Virus record (IMG/VR): IMGVR_UViG_3300023048_000001
Span: 32,001 to 96,000 of that record
Origin: a virus
Taxonomy: Duplodnaviria > Caudoviricetes
DNA length: 64,000 bases
Direction: 5' to 3' (one strand)
Each line of letters starts with the position of its first letter. Position 1 is the stretch's first letter. The position numbers and the translations under genes were made by a program. Positions 38,780-48,539 of the stretch are shown here, in pieces. The notes beneath the pieces were generated by a model, which saw only the letters and a list, made by a program, of their open reading frames with translations, ran no database searches and was not told where the DNA came from.

Positions 38780-39310
38780 ATGCTACCTACTTTAGAAAAA
38801 GAATGCTCGGAATTTTTGAAAGCATCTAATGGATATCCATTACTCAAGAACCTCCCGCTGAACAATGATGGATTCAGAAAAGTAAAAGTCCGTAAGAAGA
38901 AAAATATAAACAGTGATATCGTAAAGATTTTCAATGAAACCTTTAACGATCACACGGACCTAATCATGCAGCGCTCTATATTTGCGCATGGGCCATCAGG
39001 GTTTAAGCCTTCTGATAATCCAAATTTCGCCCCATTCTATATCTTTCCAACTGATGGATTTAAGTTTCTCTATGCACAAGACGTAGCAGAGACTACAGAA
39101 ACCTATAAGGATACGTTGAGTGTCCTCATTGATCATTATGGTAAAGATGGAATTCAAACTTTTAAAGATGTATTGAAATATCAATACACCTTCGATGATC
39201 TAGAAAAAGGTCTAAGAACAAAAACGGAAATGATCATTTATGACATCCCGTACTACTATGCAATCAATTACTTTTTGATTGAAGATTATGCTAATTTCAT
39301 TTCTGAATAA
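38780..39310 (+). CDS. Hypothetical late protein
   Basis: ORF with RBS GAGG. Confidence 0.7.
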   Translation: MLPTLEKECSEFLKASNGYPLLKNLPLNNDGFRKVKVRKKKNINSDIVKIFNETFNDHTDLIMQRSIFAHGPSGFKPSDNPNFAPFYIFPTDGFKFLYAQDVAETTETYKDTLSVLIDHYGKDGIQTFKDVLKYQYTFDDLEKGLRTKTEMIIYDIPYYYAINYFLIEDYANFISE

Positions 39311-39402
39311 TAAGATGATGATTTAAAACAGAAAAGGTGGAATGCCTTTTGTGGTACCTAAATATTAAACCAAAAACAAGAACAACGAGGTAAGAAAACT
39401 TA

Positions 39403-41871
39403 ATGGTAGACGAAAGTAAAATCTCCGTAATCAAGAGAAATGGAGAGAAAGAACAACTAAATCTTGATAAAATTCATAGAGTTGTATCATGGTCATGCGA
39501 AGGAATTAAGGGTGTATCAGCTTCAGAAATTGAAATGCGAAGCCAGCTTAAGTTCTTTCAGGGCATTACCACCAAACAGATTCACAGCACACTCATTAGA
39601 ACAGCAGCAGACCTAATTTCTGAAGATGCTCCTAACTATCAGATCGTAGCCTCAAAGCTACTAAACTATCAGTTAAGAAAGGAAATCTATGGTCATTTTG
39701 AGCCATGGGAACTAGGTGATGTTGTAAGTCTAAACATTGAACGTGGAGTCTATACTAGCGAACTCCTAGAGTGGTATACGGTTGAAGAAATAGCTGAACT
39801 CAATAGTGTTATTGATCATAATAGAGACTTTGATATCGTATATGCTGGTACTGAACAGTGGTCAAGTAAGTACTTGGTGCAGAATCGTGTAACCAAGGAA
39901 AAATATGAGACTCCACAGATTGCATATATGTTGATTGCTGCGACAGCATTCAATTCATATCCAAAGGAAACACGTCTAAAGCATGTTAAGAATTATTACC
40001 ATGAATTAAGCAAGTTCGATATCACCATTCCAACACCTGTTCTAGCCGGTCTACGCACAGATGAAAAGCAGTTCAGTTCTTGTACTGGTATTTCAGTTGG
40101 TGACTCACTTGATAGCATCAAGGCCGCAAACTCGGCCATCATCGATTACGTATCACGTAAAGCAGGTATTGGTCTAAGTGTTGGCCGTATTCGTGCTGAA
40201 GGTTCACCAATTCGTGGTGGTAAGGCTGTGCATACTGGCGTAACACCATTCTTGAAGGCATTCCAAGGAGCTTTGCGCTCATGTTCACAGGGTGCAATTC
40301 GTAATGGATCAATGACAACCCACATTATCTATTTCCATCCAGAAATTGAAACTCAGTTGGTATTGAAGAATAACAAGGGTACGGAAGACAATCGTGTTCG
40401 TCAGATGGACTATTCTTTTACAGTAAATCGTTTGTTCTACAAGCGTGTTCTTGAAGATGGTATGATCACTCTGTTCAACCCAAGCGAAGTTCCAGATTTG
40501 ATGACAGCTTTCTATCATTCTGATAATGATGCGTTTGAAGCTTTATATGCGAAGTATGAAGCTGATCCACGTTTCAAGAATGCTAAAAAGATTTCAGCAT
40601 ATGAACTGTTGGATAACTTTGTGGAAGAACGTGTTAATACGGGCAGAATCTATCTGCTTAACATTGACAATGCAAATCACCACTCACCATACAATCCAGA
40701 CCTACATCCGATTGAACAGTCAAACCTATGTCAGGAAATTCTTCTACCATCAGTCCCAATGGGACAGACTATTAGAAAGATTCTTGAAATCCCTATGGAT
40801 GATGAGTTGTCGCAGGTTCTAAAGTGGGTTGATGATAAGGAAGTAATCACATTTAAGCGTCTTGATGCGGATGGTGTGAATTCAACATATGATGTAACGT
40901 ATAATTCAAGCCGTATCTTCCTTTGCACATTATCTGCAATCAATTGGGGTAACATTCGTAAGCCTGAAGACTTCGAAAAGCCAATGGAATACGCGGTAAG
41001 AGCATTGGATGCTATCTTGTCTTATCAGGATTATCCTTTGATTGAATCTGAACTTTCTACCAGAGACTTCAGAACACTAGGTATCGGTATTAACAACTTA
41101 GCTTATTTCTTGGCTAAGCATGGCGTTAAGTATGATGAAAGTGCTTTAGAATTGGTTGATGAATACATGGAAGCCATGTCATTCTACGCAATCAAGGCTT
41201 CTGTCCAGTTGGCGAAGGAATTTGGTCCATGTGACCGTTATCATGAAACCAAGTGGGCCAAGGGTGAATTCCCATGGGAAAGAAGAGCAAAGGCTATTGA
41301 TGAATTAGTACCTATGAAGTTGAGACTTGATTGGGATGGCCTACGTGCTGACCTATTGAAGTATGGTATTAGAAATGCGTCACTTCTAGCTAACATGCCA
41401 AGTGAAAGTTCAAGTCAGTTAGTCGGTGCAACGAATGGCGTAGAACCACCACGTACCTTAATTTCTAAGAAGAAGTCAAAAGATGGTGTTCTAAAGTTAG
41501 TTGTTCCAGAATATTCAAAACTAAAGAACAAGTATGACCTTCTATGGGATCAGAATGGGGCTGAAGGTTACTTAAAAGTAATCGGAGTCATTTCTAAGTG
41601 GGTTGATCAGGCAACATCGGTCAATACTTCATACAACCCTCAGAAATTTGGTGATAGCATTCCATTTGACACCATCGTAAAGGATATCTTCATGCATTAT
41701 AAGCTTGGTGGTACAACCCTTTACTACAATAACGTTTTTGATGGTGCAACTGATGACTACACAGAAGACGAACAAAAGGTAAAAGCAGTGGACAAGTATT
41801 TGGCTGAGCAATATGCAAAAGCTCAAGCTGAAGAAGAGTTCGAAGATGATTGCTCAGCCTGCAAACTATAA
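39403..41871 (+). CDS. nrdA: Class Ia ribonucleotide reductase alpha subunit
   Basis: ATP cone (VIKRNG), PTPVLAG, QFSSC, SNLCQE, LCTLSA, TLYY, C-terminal CSACKL. Confidence 0.98.
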   Translation: MVDESKISVIKRNGEKEQLNLDKIHRVVSWSCEGIKGVSASEIEMRSQLKFFQGITTKQIHSTLIRTAADLISEDAPNYQIVASKLLNYQLRKEIYGHFEPWELGDVVSLNIERGVYTSELLEWYTVEEIAELNSVIDHNRDFDIVYAGTEQWSSKYLVQNRVTKEKYETPQIAYMLIAATAFNSYPKETRLKHVKNYYHELSKFDITIPTPVLAGLRTDEKQFSSCTGISVGDSLDSIKAANSAIIDYVSRKAGIGLSVGRIRAEGSPIRGGKAVHTGVTPFLKAFQGALRSCSQGAIRNGSMTTHIIYFHPEIETQLVLKNNKGTEDNRVRQMDYSFTVNRLFYKRVLEDGMITLFNPSEVPDLMTAFYHSDNDAFEALYAKYEADPRFKNAKKISAYELLDNFVEERVNTGRIYLLNIDNANHHSPYNPDLHPIEQSNLCQEILLPSVPMGQTIRKILEIPMDDELSQVLKWVDDKEVITFKRLDADGVNSTYDVTYNSSRIFLCTLSAINWGNIRKPEDFEKPMEYAVRALDAILSYQDYPLIESELSTRDFRTLGIGINNLAYFLAKHGVKYDESALELVDEYMEAMSFYAIKASVQLAKEFGPCDRYHETKWAKGEFPWERRAKAIDELVPMKLRLDWDGLRADLLKYGIRNASLLANMPSESSSQLVGATNGVEPPRTLISKKKSKDGVLKLVVPEYSKLKNKYDLLWDQNGAEGYLKVIGVISKWVDQATSVNTSYNPQKFGDSIPFDTIVKDIFMHYKLGGTTLYYNNVFDGATDDYTEDEQKVKAVDKYLAEQYAKAQAEEEFEDDCSACKL

Positions 41872-41879
41872 GGATAAGA

Positions 41880-43007
41880 ATGAAGTCATTATTTAATATT
41901 GAAAACACAAAATCACCGATGGAATGTAAAATATTCCTCGATGACGATAACAATGGGGTAACTTTATCTCGCTTTGAGCAGGTAAAGTATCCACGTATCC
42001 AGAAGCTAAGAGAAATCCAAGAGGGTTTCTTCTGGCGTCCACAGGAAATCGAAGTAACCAAAGATGAGAGAGACTTTAAGTCTCTCTCTGAAGCAGGTAA
42101 GCACATTTTCACAAGTAACCTGATGTTCCAGACCCTATTAGACTCTACGCAGTCTCGTGCACCTGAAGCATTGTTTGCATCGATCACTGCACTACCTGAG
42201 GTAGAACATTTCTGTAAAGCATGGGGATTCTTTGAATCAATTCATTCATTCAGCTATTCCTACATTCTAAGAAACATTATTACTAATCCATCAGAAGTCT
42301 TTGACAAGGTAACTGAAATTCAGGAAATTATTGACAGGGCTTCCTCAATTACAGCACCATATGATGACCTACATCACTATAATCAGTATGTTGACATCAA
42401 TGGCTATGATGATACACACACCAAATATAACCATAAGGTTAAAGTTTGGCGTGCATTGATGGCAGCTAATATTCTTGAAGGTGTTCGCTTCTACGTATCA
42501 TTTGCTTGCTCGTGGGCATTTGCTGAGCAGAAGTTAATGGTAGGTAATGCAGATATTATTAAGTTCATCTGCCGTGATGAAAACGTACACTTAGGTTTTA
42601 CTCAGTTCCTTCTAAAGACCTTACCTAAGGATGATTCAGACTACATCCAGATTTCCAAGGATTTGGAACAAGATAGTATTAACATGTTCCTCGATGCTAT
42701 CCAGCAGGAAAAGGATTGGGCAAAGTATTTGTTCAAGTTTGGTTCTATTTTGGGTCTAACTGAAGGCCTATTGGGTGATTACGTGGATTTCATTGCTAAG
42801 AAAAGAATGGATGCTATTGGTTTGAAACTTCCTTATTCCGTTCCTTCAAGTGATCCGCTTCCATGGACCCAAAGCTGGATTTCAGGTAAGGAAGTTCAGG
42901 CAGCAGCACAGGAAACCGAATTGACATCATATGTGATCGGTGTTCTAGATAAGAAGGTTGAACGACGTTCTGTCATTCGTAATTTGAAGTCTATGGGCAT
43001 TGACTGA
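41880..43007 (+). CDS. nrdB: Ribonucleotide reductase beta subunit
   Basis: FFWRPQEI, QTLLDS, ESIHSFSY, LEGVRFYVSFA, RDENVH, QETELTSY. Confidence 0.98.
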   Translation: MKSLFNIENTKSPMECKIFLDDDNNGVTLSRFEQVKYPRIQKLREIQEGFFWRPQEIEVTKDERDFKSLSEAGKHIFTSNLMFQTLLDSTQSRAPEALFASITALPEVEHFCKAWGFFESIHSFSYSYILRNIITNPSEVFDKVTEIQEIIDRASSITAPYDDLHHYNQYVDINGYDDTHTKYNHKVKVWRALMAANILEGVRFYVSFACSWAFAEQKLMVGNADIIKFICRDENVHLGFTQFLLKTLPKDDSDYIQISKDLEQDSINMFLDAIQQEKDWAKYLFKFGSILGLTEGLLGDYVDFIAKKRMDAIGLKLPYSVPSSDPLPWTQSWISGKEVQAAAQETELTSYVIGVLDKKVERRSVIRNLKSMGID

Positions 43008-43060
43008 TAGACAAATGTGAAATTAAGAACTATAATCCCTTGGCCTAAAACCAAGGGATT
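43008..43060 (+). promoter_or_regulatory. sigma70-type promoter overlapping a hairpin (probable nrdAB terminator)
   Basis: TAGACA-N17-TATAAT; aatcccttgg/ccaagggatt stem 43034-43060 followed by ctttt. Confidence 0.65.
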
Positions 43061-43065
43061 CTTTT

Positions 43066-43701
43066 ATGTATATTATCGAACCACAAGCCATGCAATTGCT
43101 AATTGGATTGTATAACTCACCTCAGCGTCATTATCATGACCTGAATCATATCAATTTTAGTTTACATAAACTTGGTGAATGTTCGACTAAATTTAGCCTA
43201 GAAAGGGCTGAATTGACTGTATTGAAGTATGCAATCTGGTTTCATGATGCAATCTATTCTCCATATAAAATGGCTGGAACATCTAATGAACTAGAGTCAG
43301 CAGATTTGTTTAGCTCATGCCTTAAAGATAACATAATTCATGATAAGTTCTTTTATAAGGATTTTGAGGAACGTGTTGTTGAAGCCATCCTAGAAACTGA
43401 GTACCATGCTGGAAACCCTACCACTGATCTATACCGAACAACAGATATCATGATGGACATCGACATGGCAGGCTTTGCCAAGCCGTATGCTCTTGCATAT
43501 GGTGATTCTGATCTTATTTTTAAGGAATATGCATTCTTGGGATATTCCAAGACTGATATGATGAAGGCAAGAATTGATTTCTTACAGAAGCTCCTTTTCA
43601 AGGAGTACATCTACAGAACTGAGTATTTCCGTGAAACCCATGAGGCCAAGGCTCGCCAGAACATTACAGACATCATCAAGGCCACACAGGAGACCTCTTA
43701 A
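43066..43701 (+). CDS. HD-superfamily metal-dependent phosphohydrolase
   Basis: RHYHDLNH, AIWFHDAIY, NELESA, MDID. Confidence 0.85.
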   Translation: MYIIEPQAMQLLIGLYNSPQRHYHDLNHINFSLHKLGECSTKFSLERAELTVLKYAIWFHDAIYSPYKMAGTSNELESADLFSSCLKDNIIHDKFFYKDFEERVVEAILETEYHAGNPTTDLYRTTDIMMDIDMAGFAKPYALAYGDSDLIFKEYAFLGYSKTDMMKARIDFLQKLLFKEYIYRTEYFRETHEAKARQNITDIIKATQETS

Positions 43702-43770
43702 AGCTGGGACCGTTCAATTAAACTGTAGAGTCTTCACATTTCATAAATATATGAAAATCGGAACTCTCAA

Positions 43771-44532
43771 ATGTATCTTGTCGAATTGGCTAATCCCAAG
43801 CAATTAAAAACCCATCTGGAATACCATGCAACGCTTAACCCTAAGCTATGGAGTACATTTGCAGATGACAAGAACTACCCAATGCTCAAGCCTGAAGTAC
43901 AAGAGGCATTAGAAAAGATTTCTAATGCCTTTTTAGCTTTCTTGAAAGTTGAAGCAGACAAAGTTGCCGACATTATTTTCACTGGTTCTAATGCAAATTA
44001 TAATTGGTCAAAATTATCAGATATTGACCTGCACATTATTTTAAATTATGATGCTATCTGTAAGGATTGTCAGGAGAACAGTTCAGGATTTGATTTAGAC
44101 GATTGCTACAAAGCAAAGAAGACCGTATGGAATGAATATCATGATATTACTATCAAGGATTACATTGTAGAAGTCTACGTTGAACCAAAGACTGAAGAAC
44201 GTTCTGGTAACGCAGGCGTCTGGTCACTAGTCAAGAAAGACTGGATCAAGGTTCCTCAAAAAGAAGAAGACTTAGTTTATGATGAAACTCAGATCAAAGC
44301 CAAGGCTGCTGATCTAATGCATCAGATTGATATGCTAAGTAAAGAATCAGATGCCACAGCCATTAAAGCTATGCAAGATAAGATCAAGAAAATGAGACAG
44401 GCCGCTATCTCTTCTGGTGGTGAGTTTTCTCTAGAGAATCTTGTATTTAAAGCAATCAGAAACAATGGTTACATGGACAAACTTTACGATTTAGGCAACA
44501 AAGCAGAAGATGATGAATTGTCTTTAAAATGA
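43771..44532 (+). CDS. Pol-beta superfamily nucleotidyltransferase, late-expressed
   Basis: FTGSNANYNW...SDIDLHII, VEVYVE; CATAAATA at 43742-43749. Confidence 0.8.
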   Translation: MYLVELANPKQLKTHLEYHATLNPKLWSTFADDKNYPMLKPEVQEALEKISNAFLAFLKVEADKVADIIFTGSNANYNWSKLSDIDLHIILNYDAICKDCQENSSGFDLDDCYKAKKTVWNEYHDITIKDYIVEVYVEPKTEERSGNAGVWSLVKKDWIKVPQKEEDLVYDETQIKAKAADLMHQIDMLSKESDATAIKAMQDKIKKMRQAAISSGGEFSLENLVFKAIRNNGYMDKLYDLGNKAEDDELSLK

Positions 44533-44606
44533 GAATTTTCTGTCCATTTTCTGTTATTAAGAATTTTATAAAATAAATAGACAAATACCCCTTAAGGAAG
44601 GTTTTA

Positions 44607-45773
44607 ATGAATACTAATTTACACGGTTATGCGCCATACTCAGTAAATGATACGCTATGGATGTTAAATCTATCTACTCACGCTATCACTAGCGGTGTTG
44701 TTAAGGTTATCCATGATACTGCTGGTGTTTACTCATATGATGTTTTAGTAGATGGTACAAACAACACAGTCACTGTTGCTCATACTGATGCATACGCATT
44801 GCAGAGCTATGCAGAATTGAAGTTACAGTTGATTGTTACTCCTACTCCGTCACCATCACCTACTGGTACTCCACCAGTTACACAGACTCCACATGCTTCT
44901 CCAACCCCATCAGTAACCGTAAGCAACACTGTACCATTCGGTCCTGACGTTCTAGATATCAACGGCGGTACATGGACATTGAGCCATGCAACAATCGCTA
45001 ATGGTAAGATCGTTTCAACCTCAACCGATGGCGTTGCACCTGTATCTGTTTCAACTGTTGTAACTGTTCCAGTCAATCGTCAGGCTGTCTTTACTCTAGG
45101 TTACAATGAAGGTACTGTTTCCAGCGCTAAGCTAACCCTAACCGGTAACAACTCTGGCGTTGTTCAGCAGCAGTCACTTCTAGGTAGCGGTAAGGTAGAC
45201 GTTGTTCTATTCACTGGTACCAACACCTCATTGACCCTAAAGGTCGAATTGTTTGAAGATTCAACCTTTAAGAAGTATGCACTAGCTGGTTACACATACC
45301 TATTGACTGATGGTGTTATCAAGGTTGTTGCTCCAACCACAACTGTTACTCCCAGCCCAACAGCAACATTGACACCAACACCGTCAACATCTGCTTCTCG
45401 CTCGGTAACTCCTACGCCTTCACCAACCAAGTCAACAACACCTAGCCCAACAGTTTCAGCTACAATCTCAGTTACACCATCTGTGACTGCCTCTGCCGGT
45501 GTTCCTGTAACTCCTACACCGTCTCCAACGCATTCTACTGGCACTACAGTGACACCTAGCCCAACAGCTACAGTATCAGGTACACCAGCAGTAACACACA
45601 CCGTAACACCAACACCTACAACATCAGCTACACACTCAGCAGGCGTTTCACCTTCACCAACACCTACCATTTCATCCAGCGCTGGTTTGGTATCTCCAAC
45701 ACCAACACCTACCGCTACGGTATCAGGTACGCCAGTTGTGACGCCAACACCATCGGTCACAGCAACCCACTAA
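44607..45773 (+). CDS. Short mucin-stalk virion protein (paralog of 12035 and 19272 N-halves)
   Basis: Shared N-terminal module, CBM-like domain and TP tail; AATAAATA 44572-44579; RBS AAGGAAGG. Confidence 0.75.
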   Translation: MNTNLHGYAPYSVNDTLWMLNLSTHAITSGVVKVIHDTAGVYSYDVLVDGTNNTVTVAHTDAYALQSYAELKLQLIVTPTPSPSPTGTPPVTQTPHASPTPSVTVSNTVPFGPDVLDINGGTWTLSHATIANGKIVSTSTDGVAPVSVSTVVTVPVNRQAVFTLGYNEGTVSSAKLTLTGNNSGVVQQQSLLGSGKVDVVLFTGTNTSLTLKVELFEDSTFKKYALAGYTYLLTDGVIKVVAPTTTVTPSPTATLTPTPSTSASRSVTPTPSPTKSTTPSPTVSATISVTPSVTASAGVPVTPTPSPTHSTGTTVTPSPTATVSGTPAVTHTVTPTPTTSATHSAGVSPSPTPTISSSAGLVSPTPTPTATVSGTPVVTPTPSVTATH

Positions 45774-45809
45774 GTATAATCACAGGGGAACGATTATAAA
45801 GGAAATTAC

Positions 45810-46082
45810 ATGAGCGTATATACAGTAACATACAAGTTTAACCCAAATGATTTAGTTTGGGTTCTCGATTCAAATTCTGTAAAGAAGGGTACTTGTGTGC
45901 AATCTGTAGTAAAAATCGCCCAAAAGAACAAGACTGACATCCAGACGGTAATTGAGTATTTGATTCTCTTGGATTGTAATTCTGGAACTATTTGGGTTGA
46001 TGATGCCAATGCCTATGAGTCATTGCAAGATGCGATAGATGCGTTGTCACTACAGATGCAAACGACATCGTGTCCATCTTGA
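45810..46082 (+). CDS. Stand-alone version of the fibre N-terminal module
   Basis: FNPNDLVWVL...G.C.Q...Y.I......NAY pattern; RBS AAGGA. Confidence 0.65.
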   Translation: MSVYTVTYKFNPNDLVWVLDSNSVKKGTCVQSVVKIAQKNKTDIQTVIEYLILLDCNSGTIWVDDANAYESLQDAIDALSLQMQTTSCPS

Positions 46083-46095
46083 CATTAAACTAATA

Positions 46096-46133
46096 AATGG
46101 CGCTTTGAGTTTTCACGAATTCAAAGCGCCATT
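46096..46133 (+). terminator. Long hairpin after the 44607-46082 unit
   Basis: aatggcgctttga...tcaaagcgccatt. Confidence 0.65.
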
Positions 46134-46154
46134 ATCGTTTCTAGAGTCTTTACA

Positions 46155-46183
46155 TTGACATTAAAGATTAGAATGGGTATAAT
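46155..46183 (+). promoter_or_regulatory. Consensus sigma70 promoter
   Basis: TTGACA-N17-TATAAT. Confidence 0.9.
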
Positions 46184-46210
46184 TTAACCACTTTCATTAT
46201 GGAGAATTAT

Positions 46211-46558
46211 ATGAATACTGTTTTAAATACAACTGATGTCATCGACATCCGCCGCGAATCAAAGATCGGCACAACCACTCGCGATATTTCCCATATCTTT
46301 GGGGTTTCACCGCGTACCATCCAGCGTATTATCCGTGGCGAACTATGGGCAACTGTCCCAACTGATAAGTCTATTAAGAATTTCACCAACTATGACATCA
46401 CTTATGATGGTCGCGTTTGGTCAAACTCAAAGGGTGGATATCTTGCTCTTGAAACTCGTGCTGGTGCACCAGCAGTACGTCTGCGTAAGACCTTGAAGTC
46501 AGCACGCAGAATTGAAAAGACTGTGCCGGTATCAACATTACTAGCTAAGCATTTCTAA
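46211..46558 (+). CDS. HTH plus NUMOD4-like DNA-binding protein, no nuclease domain
   Basis: DISHIFGVSPRTIQRI (HTH); NYDITYDGRVWS...VSTLLAKHF (NUMOD4-like); RBS GGAG 46201. Confidence 0.65.
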   Translation: MNTVLNTTDVIDIRRESKIGTTTRDISHIFGVSPRTIQRIIRGELWATVPTDKSIKNFTNYDITYDGRVWSNSKGGYLALETRAGAPAVRLRKTLKSARRIEKTVPVSTLLAKHF

Positions 46559-46562
46559 GAAT

Positions 46563-46586
46563 AAAGCCCGCGAAAGCGGGCTTTTT
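46563..46586 (+). terminator. Intrinsic terminator
   Basis: aaagcccgc-gaaa-gcgggcttttt. Confidence 0.9.
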
Positions 46587-46636
46587 CATTTACAGAGTTC
46601 AATTTTTGCTAATAAATAGCCATAAATGGTTTAGCA

Positions 46637-47107
46637 ATGGCAGATTTAATTACTAGTTTGAAACAGGTAAAGATTGGTGACTTTGTAAAGTTTACTGAGA
46701 AGGACAAGCAAGGTAAGTTCACATATGTTGGTGAAGTTATCTCTATAGAGCAAGGTTGGATCAACATTTTAGCCTTTGAGGGAGAGATTGGATTCAAGAT
46801 AGACAAGGATAATCATTTAGAGACAATCCTCACCCAACCTACCGGTTGGAAGAAGTACAAAGATAATCCTGAGGCTTATCGATTTAAGATTAATACTGAT
46901 AAGTTAAAAGCTCGTCAGAAAGAACAGAAAGCTCGTGAAGATGAAGTGGCTAATATAAAAACAGTGAAGGAAAAAGTAAAAGAGTTCGTCCTCTCACAGA
47001 AAGAACGAACTCTTGAAAAGCTTCTCAAGAAAGTATCCAAGGAATTCAAAGATACTGACCAGAAGTTGCTAACTAACTATATTCAATTAGCGTTGCTTAA
47101 AGTTTAA
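46637..47107 (+). CDS. Basic hypothetical late protein
   Basis: ORF; AATAAATA 46611-46618. Confidence 0.7.
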   Translation: MADLITSLKQVKIGDFVKFTEKDKQGKFTYVGEVISIEQGWINILAFEGEIGFKIDKDNHLETILTQPTGWKKYKDNPEAYRFKINTDKLKARQKEQKAREDEVANIKTVKEKVKEFVLSQKERTLEKLLKKVSKEFKDTDQKLLTNYIQLALLKV

Positions 47108-47823
47108 GCAACGTCCTCATCAGCAATAGATTCTAGAACAGGAAGTGCCTTAAGCTTATTGGCAAAAGCCATGCAGGCTTGGCCGCCATTAGCTAATAGT
47201 GTTGCAAAGTCATCGAATGAAATCCATGCATGACCCTGTTGACCCCAACCCTTACCCCATGAGTTCTTGATACGAAATAACTTCTTCTCTGTATCAACAC
47301 CATTCAATAGATAAGCGTGACCACCCGCCATGCCACCTGTAGGCTTCACCAAGCCGTTCCCATCGGGAGTGAACATCGATGTGAACCAACGAGTACCAAC
47401 GACGACAGGACCGATTGTGAGAAGGCAGGTAACGATGTCATCTACACTGTTTGCCCAGCGATATTCACTGACAACACCAGCAGACTTCAAAATTTTTGCA
47501 ACTGCACGGACAGTAGAACCATTATAATTTGAACCGGGAATACCATCGTTAGCCTGAGCCTTGTGGTATAGATTGGTTACGTTAAAGAGAGGTTTCTCTC
47601 TATCACCAAGGCCGTCCTGAATCATAGGACCATCTTCTAGCCAATGCGACCATGAAAATACCGTACACATTGATGTGTTGCCTTGATCACCCCACCAGCC
47701 ATTATCCCACCACATCTTTTCTGTGATGAATGGACGCTCTGGTAGAACTGCGGCCATAGGATACAACGCATCACGTTCGTCAGAATGTTCGATGTGACCC
47801 AAGCCAAAATATACATTACCCAT
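47104..47823 (-). CDS. Papain-like (C1) cysteine peptidase
   Basis: DQGNTSMC, GGHAY, IKNSWG; RBS AGGAG favours ATG 47823; late motif 47847-47854. Confidence 0.9.
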   Translation of the reverse strand: MGNVYFGLGHIEHSDERDALYPMAAVLPERPFITEKMWWDNGWWGDQGNTSMCTVFSWSHWLEDGPMIQDGLGDREKPLFNVTNLYHKAQANDGIPGSNYNGSTVRAVAKILKSAGVVSEYRWANSVDDIVTCLLTIGPVVVGTRWFTSMFTPDGNGLVKPTGGMAGGHAYLLNGVDTEKKLFRIKNSWGKGWGQQGHAWISFDDFATLLANGGQACMAFANKLKALPVLESIADEDVA

Positions 47824-47877
47824 TTTACAACTCCTAAAGTTCAAAGTATTTATTGAACCGAAATGGGCTATGATAAT

Positions 47878-48483
47878 TTAGGACTTTTTATGCTTCTTTG
47901 AGGCTTTGTCTAGGTTGATTGTAAGGACATGAACAAGAGTATTGAACTCACCCGGCATATTCAGGGTTTGCATCTTAAAAATCTTGTCAACTTTGTGGGA
48001 TTCGCCCATTAGATAGCGAACGTATGAAGCTGGAATCATTGGCTCATAAGAGACCAAAACCTTCCCAGCATTTGATTTATCCTGCATGGCAATATTAGCA
48101 CTCATGCGAGTCATGATAACTTCTTTCAAAGTACCACCAGTACCAGTGTTCAGCTTGAAGTTTTCAAGTTTTTTGATGAGAGGAACCAGCTTATCATAAA
48201 TCTTTTCCTTAGCATGTACTGGCTTCCAGAAAGGATTGTCCATGCATCGCATAAGAACAATGGCAATCTTCATCTTCATCTCTTCATCAAGATATTTCAA
48301 CGAATCAGGATTGACTTTTATGATACGGTTTACTGTTGTAGAAATAATATCAACAGCATTGATACGTCTACGAATCTTTCTCCATTCATTATATGTTTTG
48401 TTAATGAGCGAACACGTATATTCAAGCTCCTTTTGTGAAGCTTTGTTATTCTCTACTATAATGAAATCTTCGAATAAACTCAT
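47878..48483 (-). CDS. Hypothetical late protein
   Basis: ORF downstream of the palindromic late promoter. Confidence 0.7.
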   Translation of the reverse strand: MSLFEDFIIVENNKASQKELEYTCSLINKTYNEWRKIRRRINAVDIISTTVNRIIKVNPDSLKYLDEEMKMKIAIVLMRCMDNPFWKPVHAKEKIYDKLVPLIKKLENFKLNTGTGGTLKEVIMTRMSANIAMQDKSNAGKVLVSYEPMIPASYVRYLMGESHKVDKIFKMQTLNMPGEFNTLVHVLTINLDKASKKHKKS

Positions 48484-48507
48484 GATTATCTCTTTGTAAT
48501 GCCTAGG

Positions 48508-48519
48508 TATTTATAAATA
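48508..48519. promoter_or_regulatory. Palindromic bidirectional T4-type late promoter
   Basis: TATTTATAAATA reads TATAAATA on both strands between divergent genes. Confidence 0.75.
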
Positions 48520-48539
48520 ATTCTAGTACCGGAGCGTTT

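Noticed and set aside
40729-40926. Intein or intron in nrdA
   Set aside because: Insert is short, in frame, and lacks Cys/Ser...His-Asn splice motifs or an endonuclease
12318-45760. Many long Val/Gly/Thr-rich ORFs antisense to the TP tracts (e.g. 12318, 13701, 21046, 26442, 31459, 45290)
   Set aside because: Shadow frames: reverse complements of Thr/Pro/Val/Ser codons rarely give stops; no RBS or promoters
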